From Actinomycetota bacterium (GTDB taxonomy: Bacteria; Actinomycetota; UBA4738; HRBIN12), in assembly GCA_005884925.1 (NCBI GenBank), contig VAYU01000024.1:41120-105119 (forward strand): 64,000 bases of DNA. The letters run 5' to 3'. The position numbers and the translations under genes were made by a program. This document shows positions 1-9,670 of the stretch, piece by piece. Below the pieces are notes generated by a model. It saw only the letters and a program-made list of their open reading frames with translations, was not told where the DNA came from and made no database searches. The number at the start of each line of letters is the position of its first letter. Position 1 is the stretch's first letter.

Positions 1-2
1 TC

Positions 3-854
3 GGGTGGATCCTGGCGGAGCTGCCGCGGGCGGTCGTGGGGTACGCCCGGCTGGAAGAGGTCTTCCGCACCAGCGTCACCCTCAACCCGCCCGCACATCC
101 CGAGGAGCTGCCGGCCGGGCCGCTGGGCATCGAGGTGCTCGGGGTGCGCCATCTCTACGACGGCGTGCCGATCCTCGATGGGGTCACGTTCGACGTCCGG
201 CCGATGGAATCGGTCGCGATCGTGGGCCCGACCGGTGTCGGCAAGTCGACGCTCGCGCAGCTGCTGGTGCGGCTCGCGGATCCCGACCAGGGCCGTGTGC
301 TGGTCGGGGGCGTCGACGTACGGGACGCGGACACCATCGCCCTTCGCCACGACGTTTCGATCGTGTTCCAGGAGAGCTTCCTGTTCGCGACGACCGTCCG
401 GGAGAACATCGCGCTGGACGCCGACGTGGCCGAGGCCGACGTCGTTCGCTCCGCGATGATCGCGTCCGCGGATCGCTTCATCCGTGAGCTCCCGCAGGGC
501 TACGACACGGTGGTCGGAGAGCGTGGCTACACGCTCTCCGGCGGCCAGCGGCAACGTGTGGCGCTCGCACGAGCCCTCGTGCGAGCGCCACGCGTCCTGA
601 TCCTGGACGACGCCACCTCGTCGGTCGACCCGACCGTCGAGGCCGACATCCTGGCCGCGCTTCGTCGCGAGCTGTCGACGACGCTGATCGTGGTCGCCTA
701 CCGGCTCTCCACGATCCGCCTCGCCGACCGCGTGATCTTCCTGGAGAACGGCGTGGTCAAGGCCACCGGCCCGCACGAGGACCTGCTCGCCCGCGCGCCG
801 GGGTACGCCGCGATCATCCACGCCTACGAGCGCGGCGAGCGGGGAGAGCGATGA
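3..854 (+). CDS. ABC exporter, fused permease/ATPase; C-terminal ATP-binding domain, 5' end outside the window
   Basis: Walker A (GPTGVGKST), ABC signature (LSGGQRQRVALARAL) and Walker B (LILDDATS). The reading frame stays open back to the window edge and its end shows the tail of a TM domain. Its stop overlaps the next ABC gene (ATGA). Confidence 0.85.
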   Translation, partial: GWILAELPRAVVGYARLEEVFRTSVTLNPPAHPEELPAGPLGIEVLGVRHLYDGVPILDGVTFDVRPMESVAIVGPTGVGKSTLAQLLVRLADPDQGRVLVGGVDVRDADTIALRHDVSIVFQESFLFATTVRENIALDADVAEADVVRSAMIASADRFIRELPQGYDTVVGERGYTLSGGQRQRVALARALVRAPRVLILDDATSSVDPTVEADILAALRRELSTTLIVVAYRLSTIRLADRVIFLENGVVKATGPHEDLLARAPGYAAIIHAYERGERGER

Positions 855-2707
855 GCACCGTGGTCGAGTTGCTCGCCGACGATGAGGACGCGAAGGTCCC
901 CGAGCACCTGAAAGGCGCCTTCGCCGTCCTCGGGCGCGGCATCAAGGAGAGCCCCGAGCTCCGGACGGGGCTCGGCTTCACGGTGATCGTCTCGTTGGGC
1001 GTGACCGTCGCCTCGCTCGTGACGCCCGTGCTCGTCCAACAGATCTTCGACAAGGGCTTCGCGCCGACGTTCAACGCTCGGTTCGTCTACGGACGTTGCG
1101 CCGCGGCCTTCCTGCTCGTCGTCCTCGCGTTCGTGGCGGCCCGAGCAGCAGGTCGCCGCCTCGTTCGTGCGTCCGAGAACGCCCTGATGCACCTGCGAGT
1201 GCGGACCTTCCGCCACATCCACGCGCTGTCGATCGCCGAGCAGAGCGAGGAGAAGCGTGGCGTCTTCGTGGCCCGTGTGACCGCCGATGTGGACGCGCTC
1301 CAAGAGTTCATGGAGTGGGGCGGTGTCGCATGGATCATCTCCGGCGCCCAGGCGATCGGCGCGTTGCTGTTGATGCTCTTCTACTCGTGGCAGCTCGCGA
1401 CGGCCATCGTGCTGCTGCTGATCCCCCTGCTGATCGTGGTGTGGTCGATGCAGGCGAGGCTGTCGGCCGCGTTCAACGCGGCCCGGACCCGGGTGGGCGA
1501 GATGCTCTCTGAGGTGTCCGAATCCGTGATGGGTGCGGCCGTGGTCCGGGCGTACGGGCTGGACGAACAGACGCACGACAAGGTCGAACACGCGATCAGC
1601 GAGCGCTACAAGGCGGAGGTCCTCGCACACTTCCGCGCGGCCACCTTCTGGCCGATGTCCTCGATCTTCTACGCCGTCGCCCTCTCCACCGTGATCGTGC
1701 TGGGCTCGGTCTACGGCAGATCGTGGGGACTCACGTTCGGGCGGGTCTCGGCGTTCCTGTTCCTCGCCGACGTGTTCCTGCACGTGTTCACGGATCTCCC
1801 GGAGATCTACAGCGAGACCCAGACGGCGATCGCGGGGTGGCGCAAGATCCTGGCCGTCCTCGACCTGGACATCGAGGTCGTCGAGCCCGCGAACGGCGTC
1901 GCGCTGCCCCGCGGTGCGCTGTCGGTGGAGGCCGAGGATGTCCGCTTCGCGTATCGCGAAGGGGCGGAGGTGCTCCACGGGATCACGCTGTCGGTTCCGG
2001 CGGGCCGCCACGTGGCGATCGTCGGCGAGACCGGATGCGGGAAGACCACCTTCGCGAAACTGATGTCTCGCCTGGCAGACCCGCTCGCCGGGCGGATCGT
2101 GATCGGCGGCGTCGACCTGCGCGACGTCCAGAGCGACTCCCGGCGTACCCGGATCCGGATGGTTCCCCAGGATGGGTTCCTGTTCGACTCGACGGTCCGG
2201 GAGAACGTCCGCTACGGGAGACCGGCCGCGACCGATCCCGAGGTGGAGGCCTCGTTCGTCGAGCTCGGCCTGTCGGATTGGGTCGCGGGGTTACCGGAGG
2301 GACTCGCTACGCCGGTCGGCGAGCGCGGCGAGGCGCTGAGCGTCGGGGAGCGCCAGCTGGTGGCGCTGGCGCGTGCGCAGATCGGCGACCCGGGGTTGCT
2401 GATCCTCGACGAGGCAACGTCGGCGGTCGACCCGGCGACGGAGCGACGGATCACGGAGGCGCTCCGCCGGCTCTCGGCGGGACGCACGGTGATCACGATC
2501 GCACATAGGTTGTCGACGGCCGAGGGCGCGCAGCGGGTGTTCGTCTTCGACGCGGGGCGGCTCGTCCAGGAGGGGACGCACGGCGAGCTGGTGATCGCCG
2601 GAGGCCGATATGCGGCGCTCTATCGGAGTTGGCTGGGCAACGTCCGGGACGCCGACGCGGCGGGCGCGGACGAGGGCGAGGGCGAGCCCGCGCGAACCCA
2701 AACTTGA
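851..2707 (+). CDS. ABC exporter, fused permease/ATPase, MdlB/MsbA-like heterodimer partner
   Basis: 618 aa with an N-terminal six-helix TM domain, then Walker A (GETGCGKTT), signature (LSVGERQLVALARA) and Walker B. It is translationally coupled to the upstream ABC gene. Confidence 0.85.
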   Translation: MSTVVELLADDEDAKVPEHLKGAFAVLGRGIKESPELRTGLGFTVIVSLGVTVASLVTPVLVQQIFDKGFAPTFNARFVYGRCAAAFLLVVLAFVAARAAGRRLVRASENALMHLRVRTFRHIHALSIAEQSEEKRGVFVARVTADVDALQEFMEWGGVAWIISGAQAIGALLLMLFYSWQLATAIVLLLIPLLIVVWSMQARLSAAFNAARTRVGEMLSEVSESVMGAAVVRAYGLDEQTHDKVEHAISERYKAEVLAHFRAATFWPMSSIFYAVALSTVIVLGSVYGRSWGLTFGRVSAFLFLADVFLHVFTDLPEIYSETQTAIAGWRKILAVLDLDIEVVEPANGVALPRGALSVEAEDVRFAYREGAEVLHGITLSVPAGRHVAIVGETGCGKTTFAKLMSRLADPLAGRIVIGGVDLRDVQSDSRRTRIRMVPQDGFLFDSTVRENVRYGRPAATDPEVEASFVELGLSDWVAGLPEGLATPVGERGEALSVGERQLVALARAQIGDPGLLILDEATSAVDPATERRITEALRRLSAGRTVITIAHRLSTAEGAQRVFVFDAGRLVQEGTHGELVIAGGRYAALYRSWLGNVRDADAAGADEGEGEPARTQT

Positions 2708-2863
2708 GTTCGTCGGACGCCCAGCTGCCCCACGCGCCGAAACCGACAGCATCGTTGAGTTGTTCGAACTCACATCCGGCATCGGTCTGAAGCGATCCGG
2801 ACGCGACCGCGGCGAACCCAGGTTTGAGGTCGGATCCCCTATCCTCGCGATACCCTCGCCCGC

Positions 2864-5044
2864 ATGTCGGACCAACTCCGCGAGATGGCCCGCCCCTCGC
2901 TCTTCCCCGACGAAGGCACCCTCTACCTGAACGGCTTGGAGCGACCCGTCACGATCCGCCGCGACCCCTTCGGCGTGCCTCGGATCGAAGCCGAGACCCT
3001 CGACGACCTGTGGTTCGCGCAGGGGGTCGTGACGGCGGGGGAACGGCTCTTCCAGGTCGAGCTCGCGCTCCGCACCGCGACGGGTCGGCTGGCCGAGGTC
3101 TTCGGCGAGCGGATCTTCGAGGACGACCGGTTCATCAGGACGATCGGGCTGCACCGGGCGGCCGCGCGCCACCTCCTGGCATGGACCGACGAGGATCACC
3201 ACATCCACGGCCGGTTCCGGGCGGGGCTCCGGGCCTGGATCGACACCGCGCCGGCCCTTCCGGTCGAATACACCTTGCTCGACCTCACGCCCGATGTTCC
3301 GGACGATCCCCTCCCGTACGCCGCGGCGTTCGCGTACCTCGCGTGGTCCCTTTCGAGCAACTGGGAGTCCGAGGTCCTGCGAGCCGAGTTGGATGAGCAG
3401 CTCGGCCGCGACGCGGCCGAGCTGCTCATGCCGCGCGCGCCGAGCGCGCACGGCCAGGGCTCCAACGACTGGGCCGTCGCCGGTTCCCTGACAGCGTCCG
3501 GCGAACCGCTGCTCGCGAACGACCCGCACCTGCTCGTGTCGCAGCCCGGACCCTGGCTCGAGCTCCATCTCGCCGCGCCCGGGTACGAGGCCCGCGGCGT
3601 CGCACTTCCGTTCTCACCCGGGATCATCCTCGGCGCCACGCCGCATCATGCCTGGGGTGCAACGAACGTCACGGGCGACGTGCAGGACCTCTTCGAGGAG
3701 ACCGTGAACGACGAGGGGACCGCCGCCCGGTACCGCGACCGGTGGGAGCCGCTGGTGCTGCACGAGGAGCGGATCGCGGTCCGCGGCGAACCCGAGCCCC
3801 GGACCGTGACGGTCCGCGAGACCCGCCACGGCCCGATCCTCACGCACGGCACCGCAGGCGTCCTGCGCACGACCTACTGGCCGCTCGACCGGCCCTACGC
3901 GCTGCGGTGGACCGGCCACGAGAGCGCCCTGCGGCCCTCGCTCCCGCTCGACGTCGCCCGCGCCCGTGACGTCGAGGAGTTCCGAAGCGCGGTGCTGCAG
4001 ATCGGATGCCCCGGGCAGAACTTCGTCTACGCGGACGTCGACGGGACGATCGCCTATCAGTGCACGGGTTGGTACCCGCTGCGCGAGGCCGGCGACGGGA
4101 CGCGGCCGGTCCCGGGCTGGACGGGCGAGCACGAATGGCTCGGATGGATCCCGCTCGATGAGCTCCCGAACGAGGTGAACCCGGACCGAGGCTTCGTCGC
4201 CACCGCGAACCACGACATCCAACCGAGGGGGTACCCGTACCTGATCGCGAAGGACTTCCACCTCCCCTTCCGGAATCGACGGATCGAGGAGCTGCTCGAA
4301 CGGCGGGACGACCACGACGTGTCGTCGATGCGAGCGATCCAGATGGACACGATCTCGAGGACTGCGCTCGAGACGGTGTCCCTGCTGCTCCGGGTAGAGA
4401 CCCGGTCGGATGAGCAGGCGGCCGCCGTGAAGCAGCTCGGCGAGTGGGACGGCGATCTGCGCGCGGATTCGGAGGAGGCGGCCCTGTTCAACGTGTGGTG
4501 CGCCGCCATCGCGCGGCGGGTCCTGGAACCGAGGATCGGCGAGGGGCTGTTCACGGCGTACCACTCCTGGCGAGAGACGTTCCAGGGATCGGTCCTCCCC
4601 CGCCTGCTCCGCGAGCCGGACGGATGGATCGACGATGACCTGCTTCGCGCGGCCCTGGACGAGGCGATCGAGCGAACGGACGGGGTGACGTGGGGCGAGC
4701 TCCACCGGCTCGTGATCGCGCACCCGCTCGCGTCGATCCCCGGCTTGGAGCCGATGTTCACGGCCGCCGACGTCCCCTTCGGGGGCGACGAGCAGACCGT
4801 GGCCCAGGGCGGTTTCGACGGCTCGCTCGGGTTCCGTCCGGCGGTGATCCCGTCCTGGCGCGTGGTGTGGGACCTCGGTGGCCTCGAACGGAGCCTCGGC
4901 GTCGTCCCGACCGGCGTGAGCGGCAACCCGGCCTCCGCGCACTGGAACGACCAACTCGAGCTGTACGTCGGGGGCGGGGCGAAGCCGTACGGCTTCGCCC
5001 CGCCCCCGACCGCGCCGCCCACCTTGACCCTCGTCCCCTCCTGA
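2864..5044 (+). CDS. Penicillin amidase/acylase family protein (S45 Ntn hydrolase), no obvious signal peptide
   Basis: 726 aa. The SNDWAV nucleophile motif (GSNDWAVAGSLTASGEPLLANDPHL) is typical of penicillin G / AHL acylases. Confidence 0.8.
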   Translation: MSDQLREMARPSLFPDEGTLYLNGLERPVTIRRDPFGVPRIEAETLDDLWFAQGVVTAGERLFQVELALRTATGRLAEVFGERIFEDDRFIRTIGLHRAAARHLLAWTDEDHHIHGRFRAGLRAWIDTAPALPVEYTLLDLTPDVPDDPLPYAAAFAYLAWSLSSNWESEVLRAELDEQLGRDAAELLMPRAPSAHGQGSNDWAVAGSLTASGEPLLANDPHLLVSQPGPWLELHLAAPGYEARGVALPFSPGIILGATPHHAWGATNVTGDVQDLFEETVNDEGTAARYRDRWEPLVLHEERIAVRGEPEPRTVTVRETRHGPILTHGTAGVLRTTYWPLDRPYALRWTGHESALRPSLPLDVARARDVEEFRSAVLQIGCPGQNFVYADVDGTIAYQCTGWYPLREAGDGTRPVPGWTGEHEWLGWIPLDELPNEVNPDRGFVATANHDIQPRGYPYLIAKDFHLPFRNRRIEELLERRDDHDVSSMRAIQMDTISRTALETVSLLLRVETRSDEQAAAVKQLGEWDGDLRADSEEAALFNVWCAAIARRVLEPRIGEGLFTAYHSWRETFQGSVLPRLLREPDGWIDDDLLRAALDEAIERTDGVTWGELHRLVIAHPLASIPGLEPMFTAADVPFGGDEQTVAQGGFDGSLGFRPAVIPSWRVVWDLGGLERSLGVVPTGVSGNPASAHWNDQLELYVGGGAKPYGFAPPPTAPPTLTLVPS

Positions 5045-5065
5045 GCCGCTACCATCGGGTGCGTC

Positions 5066-5308
5066 ATGCCGAAGTCGAAGGGTCGCCCCAAGCAGCGGAT
5101 CAGCCGTTACCAGCTGGAGCCGCAACACAAGAAGAAGGTGAAGGCGAGCCCTCGCTGGTACGGGCCTCTCATGCTCGCCCTCATGGGCATCGGGGTCGTC
5201 GCGATCGTCTGGAACTACACGCGTGGCGATCAGGCGAGCAACATGGTCCTGATGGGTGGGCTCGGGATCATCGCGGTCGGGTTCTTCGGCGTCACGTTCT
5301 GGAGGTGA
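5066..5308 (+). CDS. crgA: Cell division protein CrgA
   Basis: 80 aa. MPKSKGRPKQR... N-terminus followed by two TM helices, like actinobacterial CrgA. Confidence 0.75.
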   Translation: MPKSKGRPKQRISRYQLEPQHKKKVKASPRWYGPLMLALMGIGVVAIVWNYTRGDQASNMVLMGGLGIIAVGFFGVTFWR

Positions 5309-5312
5309 TCGG

Positions 5313-5334
5313 CGCTCGCATCGGCGCCGAACGC
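5313..5334 (+). terminator. GC-rich hairpin just after the crgA stop (tcggcgc-N8-gcgccga), no U-tract
   Basis: A 7 bp perfect stem that starts 5 nt after the crgA TGA. Actinobacterial intrinsic terminators often lack a U-tail. Confidence 0.25.
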
Positions 5335-5426
5335 CTGCCTCGCGCATTCACGACCCGTTCATGCGTTGTGGATAACCCTGTGGATGACCGGTTGGCACAC
5401 GTGTGGAAAACGATCCTTCCGTGGGG

Positions 5427-5702
5427 TCAGGGTTCCGTCACACGGCGAACCACCTGCATCTTCTCGCCGCAATGACGCGGGACCTGGAGCGCCCCCAGCC
5501 GGGAGACCTTGAACTCGGTCCCGCACTCGCCACACACGAGGTAGACATCCAGCCCGTCGACGTCCTCGGGTTCGGAGGGGGGCGGCCCCTCGTCGAGGGA
5601 ACCGGGTGCCGGACCGGAGAGCGCTCGAAGATGAGCGGTCCCGAATCGCCAGATCAGGTAGGCGAACGGGACGGCGGTGAGGAAGGCGAGCCACCGGGGC
5701 AC
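5427..5702 (-). CDS. Hypothetical small membrane protein with a C-terminal Cys4-type zinc ribbon
   Basis: 91 aa with an N-terminal TM helix, then CGECG...HCGEK. Confidence 0.5.
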   Translation of the reverse strand: MPRWLAFLTAVPFAYLIWRFGTAHLRALSGPAPGSLDEGPPPSEPEDVDGLDVYLVCGECGTEFKVSRLGALQVPRHCGEKMQVVRRVTEP

Positions 5703-5790
5703 CGTTCCACCGTAGCAGCCGGCCGGATAGGCTTGCCGGGCGTTCGCGTTCCTGACACTTCGTATCCACCTGCCGGAGGCAGCCGTAGCG

Positions 5791-7152
5791 ATGGGTGATT
5801 ACGTGAACCGGCTCATGGCGCAGCTCGTCGCGAAGAACCCCGGCGAGCCCGAGTTCCACCAGGCGGTCCAAGAGGTGGCCGAGTCCGTCGAACTGGCGCT
5901 CGCGCGGAACCCGCGCTACGTCGACGCGAAGGTCTTCGAGCGGACGATCGAGCCCGAGCGCGTCGTGATGTTCCGGGTCCCGTGGGTCGACGATCGCGGC
6001 GACGTCCAGATCAACCGGGGGTTCCGGGTCGAGATGAGCAGCGCGATCGGGCCGTACAAAGGCGGGCTCCGCTTCCACCCGACGGTCTACCTCGGTCTGC
6101 TGAAGTTCCTCGCGTTCGAGCAGGTGTTCAAGAACGCGCTGACCACGCTCCCGATGGGCGCCGGGAAAGGTGGCGCGGACTTCGACCCGAAGGGGAAGTC
6201 CGAAGGCGAGGTGATGCGGTTCTGCCAGTCCTTCATGACCGAGCTCCAGCGTCACATCGGGCAGTTCACCGACGTGCCGGCGGGCGACATCGGCGTCGGC
6301 GGACGCGAGATCGGCTACCTGTTCGGTCAGTACAAGAGGATCCGGAACGAGTTCACCGGCGTCCTGACCGGCAAGGGCCTCAACTGGGGCGGGTCGTTGA
6401 TCCGGCCCGAGGCGACCGGCTACGGGGCCGCCTACTTCGCCGAGGAGATGCTGAAGACGCGTGAGGAGACGCTCGAGGACAAGACCTGTCTGGTCTCGGG
6501 GTCGGGCAACGTGGCGCAGTACACGGTGGAGAAGCTGCTCGACTTGGGTGCGAAGCCCGTCACCCTCAGTGACTCCGGCGGATTCATCCACGACAAGGAC
6601 GGGATCGACCGCGAGAAGCTCGCGTACGTCATGGACCTGAAGAACGTACGGCGCGGACGGATCATGGAGTACGCGGAGAAGTATCCGGGCGTCGACTGGA
6701 CCGCTGTCGACCCCGCGAAGCACTACAACCCGTTGTGGGCGCTCCCGGCGGACTGCGCGTTCCCGAGCGCGACCCAGAACGAGATCAACGGCGAGGACGC
6801 GACCAACCTGCTCGCGGGGGGCGTCTACGTCGTCAGCGAGGGTGCGAACATGCCGACCGTCCCGGCGGGGATCGAGGCGTTCCTGGACGCGCGGATCCTC
6901 TACGGACCCGGGAAGGCGGCGAACGCCGGAGGCGTGGCCGTGAGCGGGCTCGAGATGGCACAGAACTCGGCCCGCCGCGCCTGGTCGCGCGGGACCGTCG
7001 ACGAGCGGTTGCGGACCATCATGCAGGCGATCCACGGCACCTGCCGGCGTACCGCCGAGGAGTACGGGGTGGCCGGCAATTACATGCACGGCGCGAACAT
7101 CGCCGGCTTCACCAAGGTCGCCGGCGCGATGCTGGACCAGGGCGTCGTCTGA
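5791..7152 (+). CDS. gdhA: NADP-specific glutamate dehydrogenase
   Basis: 453 aa. KGGLRFHP and GAGKGGADFDPKGKS motifs plus a C-terminal Rossmann domain. Confidence 0.95.
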   Translation: MGDYVNRLMAQLVAKNPGEPEFHQAVQEVAESVELALARNPRYVDAKVFERTIEPERVVMFRVPWVDDRGDVQINRGFRVEMSSAIGPYKGGLRFHPTVYLGLLKFLAFEQVFKNALTTLPMGAGKGGADFDPKGKSEGEVMRFCQSFMTELQRHIGQFTDVPAGDIGVGGREIGYLFGQYKRIRNEFTGVLTGKGLNWGGSLIRPEATGYGAAYFAEEMLKTREETLEDKTCLVSGSGNVAQYTVEKLLDLGAKPVTLSDSGGFIHDKDGIDREKLAYVMDLKNVRRGRIMEYAEKYPGVDWTAVDPAKHYNPLWALPADCAFPSATQNEINGEDATNLLAGGVYVVSEGANMPTVPAGIEAFLDARILYGPGKAANAGGVAVSGLEMAQNSARRAWSRGTVDERLRTIMQAIHGTCRRTAEEYGVAGNYMHGANIAGFTKVAGAMLDQGVV

Positions 7153-7175
7153 GCGCCAGGATCTGGGCGCCGGGG

Positions 7176-8984
7176 TCAGATCGCGCGCAGCCCCGGCACG
7201 ACGGAGTGAAGGAAGTCCAGCACCACCCGCTGCTGGCGAACATCCTCGTCGGTGGCCAGGGCGCCGTGGCCCGTGGTGTAGAGGTACACCTCGTGCGGCT
7301 TCCCCTGCTCCTTCAGCCGATCCGCGTACGCGAGCGCCTGCCCGACGGGGCATCGGGAGTCGTTCTCGCCTATCACCAGGAGCACGGGAGCCGCGACTTC
7401 ATCGGCATATGTGATCGGGCTCGAGCGGCGGAACGCTTCTGGCTCGGTCGCGGGCGTCCCGCCCATCAGCGCCCGGTCGAGCGCCTGCAACGACGGCGCT
7501 TCCTCCTCGTACGCACGCACGTAGTCCCCGACCGGCACCCCGGCCATCCCGGCAGACCACAGCTCGGGGTAGCGCCCGAGCTCCATCAGCGTGATGTATC
7601 CGCCCCATGACCACCCGGCGACAACGGTCCGGGACGGGTCGACGTCCCGCCGCCCGAGCAGGTCACGCAGTCCGGCCGTCACGTCGTCGACGTCGGCGGA
7701 TCCGACGTCGCCCGTGAGCGCGTCGCTCCACGCTCGCCCGTACCCGCTGGAACCCCGGTAGTTCGGCATCGCGACCAGGAACCCAGCGTCCACGTACGCC
7801 TGTACCTCGGGGAAGTACGTGTCCTCGTAGAGCCAGTGCGGCCCGCCGTGCACGAAGACCATCACCGGATACGGGCCCCCACCCTCGGGCTGGACGATCC
7901 ACCCGTGCACCTGCTGCCCGTGGTCATTCGCGTAGCGCCAATCGATGAACGGCCGGCCGGGTGGGGCCGGCTCGCCGAGGACGGCGACCGGCTCGTCCCC
8001 GCGGTCGTCCACGATCCGGGCGCGGTGGACGCCGTCGGTGTGCAGGTACCAGATCGAACCATCGGGCCGGACCCGCGCGCTGGCGATCGAGCCGGGCGGC
8101 GTCTCGATCCGCGAGGAGGACGCCGCGGCGAGGTCGTGGCGATAGAGCTCGTGGCGGCCGTCGTACGCATGGCGCAGCAGCAGCGCCGAGGCGTCCGGCC
8201 ACCAGTCCACGGCGGTCACGTCGCCGGGAAGCGAGATGTCGAGGTCCGACCACGCGCCGGTCGCGAGGTCCCAGATACCTGCCCGCTCCCGGTCCTGCTC
8301 ATCGTGGACCGCCGCGAGGCGAAGATCGCCCTCGAGCGGCGACCACGCGGTCGCGAAGACGCTCGACGACCCATCCCCCCGCTCACCGACGGTGCCGCCC
8401 GTCCTCGGGTCGACGATCCGGAGCGAGGGATGCAGCAGGTCGCCGTGCTCGGCGTGCTGCAGGGCGAGCAACGTCCCGTCCGTCGAGAGGCCGGCGCGGT
8501 CACCGGCGTCGTCCCGATCGCCGGCGATCCCGATCCACTCGGTGCTCCGCGCGATCTCCTTCGCCGGCCCACCGTCGATCGACACGAAAACCGCGAAGCC
8601 GACGTCGCGATCCGCGATCGCGACGGCGGCGATCCCCGGGCCGAGCGCCACCCCGTCGTTCCAGCCGACCGGCAGGCCTTCGAAGAGCGGCTCGGAGCCG
8701 CCCCCTTCGAAGGCCTGCGTCAACCACCGCCCGGTCTCATCCCCCGTGTCTTCCTGCCAGAACACGACCTCGGCGCCATCGAGGCTCGCGTAGCCCTGGG
8801 TCACGCCGACGGGATGATCGGAGATCTTCCTGCGCTCGCCCGTCGCGACGTTCCAGCAGTGAACCTGCCACACGCCCGACTCGTTCGATGCGAAGACGGT
8901 CCGGTCGGGGGCGCTCCTGGACCATCGCGGGAGGGTCATCCTCGGGGCGCGGAACCGGCATTCCCAGAGCGGCAACTCGGACAT
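7176..8984 (-). CDS. S9 family peptidase (prolyl oligopeptidase / acylaminoacyl-peptidase-like)
   Basis: 602 aa. N-terminal beta-propeller and C-terminal alpha/beta hydrolase with GWSWGGY (GxSxGG catalytic Ser). Confidence 0.85.
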   Translation of the reverse strand: MSELPLWECRFRAPRMTLPRWSRSAPDRTVFASNESGVWQVHCWNVATGERRKISDHPVGVTQGYASLDGAEVVFWQEDTGDETGRWLTQAFEGGGSEPLFEGLPVGWNDGVALGPGIAAVAIADRDVGFAVFVSIDGGPAKEIARSTEWIGIAGDRDDAGDRAGLSTDGTLLALQHAEHGDLLHPSLRIVDPRTGGTVGERGDGSSSVFATAWSPLEGDLRLAAVHDEQDRERAGIWDLATGAWSDLDISLPGDVTAVDWWPDASALLLRHAYDGRHELYRHDLAAASSSRIETPPGSIASARVRPDGSIWYLHTDGVHRARIVDDRGDEPVAVLGEPAPPGRPFIDWRYANDHGQQVHGWIVQPEGGGPYPVMVFVHGGPHWLYEDTYFPEVQAYVDAGFLVAMPNYRGSSGYGRAWSDALTGDVGSADVDDVTAGLRDLLGRRDVDPSRTVVAGWSWGGYITLMELGRYPELWSAGMAGVPVGDYVRAYEEEAPSLQALDRALMGGTPATEPEAFRRSSPITYADEVAAPVLLVIGENDSRCPVGQALAYADRLKEQGKPHEVYLYTTGHGALATDEDVRQQRVVLDFLHSVVPGLRAI

Positions 8985-9039
8985 CGGGACAGGCTACCGG
9001 GAACGGCCCGTGCCCGGGGTTATCACCCGTGCGGTCTGC

Positions 9040-9576
9040 TCAGGAGCCGATCGCGGTGCCGCCGCTCGGTGGACCGTGCGACGCGGAGTTCCCGTGCACG
9101 CCCGTGCTCCCGTGGACGCCCGCGTTGCCGTGCACCGTGGCGGCCTTCGCCGCCTCGTGCGCCTGGTGGCGCTGCCAGTTCGCGACGAGGTGCCCGAGAG
9201 CGTTCACCAGCCCGGGCGCCTGGACGTTCTTCTCGCAGTTGGCCTCGACCGTGTTGATCGCGTGGGCGAGACCCGTCGCGTCCTGCACCGCCGGGAGCTG
9301 ACCCTGCACGCCGGTCAGGGCGGCCTGGCAGTCCGCCGCCGTGTGGACGGTGGCTCCGCCGCCGGCGATCGGAGCGCCGTTCTGCTGAACCCGCCCCGGT
9401 GCCTGCGGGATCCCCGACGGGGGGGAGGATGCGGTCTCGGACGAGGTTGGGTTCGTGGTGCCGCCGGGATGGGCGACGGCGACGCCCCCGAGGAACCCGG
9501 CGATCAGCAGGCACAGGAGCATGCCACCGACCGGACCCTTGAGGACTCGCTCGAGCGTGCGGCGTGGACTAGTCAT
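9040..9576 (-). CDS. Hypothetical secreted protein with signal peptide/TM and a C-terminal VHGN(A/S)G(V)HG repeat tail
   Basis: 178 aa with an N-terminal hydrophobic segment, two Cys and a His/Gly-rich repeat at the C-terminus. Confidence 0.5.
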   Translation of the reverse strand: MTSPRRTLERVLKGPVGGMLLCLLIAGFLGGVAVAHPGGTTNPTSSETASSPPSGIPQAPGRVQQNGAPIAGGGATVHTAADCQAALTGVQGQLPAVQDATGLAHAINTVEANCEKNVQAPGLVNALGHLVANWQRHQAHEAAKAATVHGNAGVHGSTGVHGNSASHGPPSGGTAIGS

Positions 9577-9670
9577 GCAAGGGGTATCGCCTTCCGGGCG
9601 GCCTTCAGCATATGAGCCTCAGGGCTCGTTCGCGACCATCGTTCGGCCTAGCTCGCAGGAGGCGCATCCG

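Noticed and set aside
824-2011. 395 aa minus-strand ORF antisense to the ABC exporter genes. Similar long ORFs include 3614..5347(-), 5359..7353(-), 7836..9257(+), 15615..17276(+), 17245..18639(-), 20471..21886(-), 31129..33372(+), 33774..35441(+) and 49642..51261(+).
   Set aside because: They lie opposite well-supported conserved genes. Their translations are Arg/Pro/Gly-rich low-complexity sequences with no motifs. This is typical of stop-codon-poor antisense frames in roughly 70% GC DNA.
1-2707. Identifying the two ABC exporter genes as cydDC.
   Set aside because: They are 16 kb from cydAB and the sequence alone cannot distinguish CydDC from other heterodimeric type-I exporters.
7165-7200. 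GC-rich hairpin (gccgggg-N15-ccccggc) between convergent gdhA and the S9 peptidase, as a bidirectional terminator.
   Set aside because: It overlaps the 3' coding end of the S9 gene and has no U-tract. It is too weak to call.
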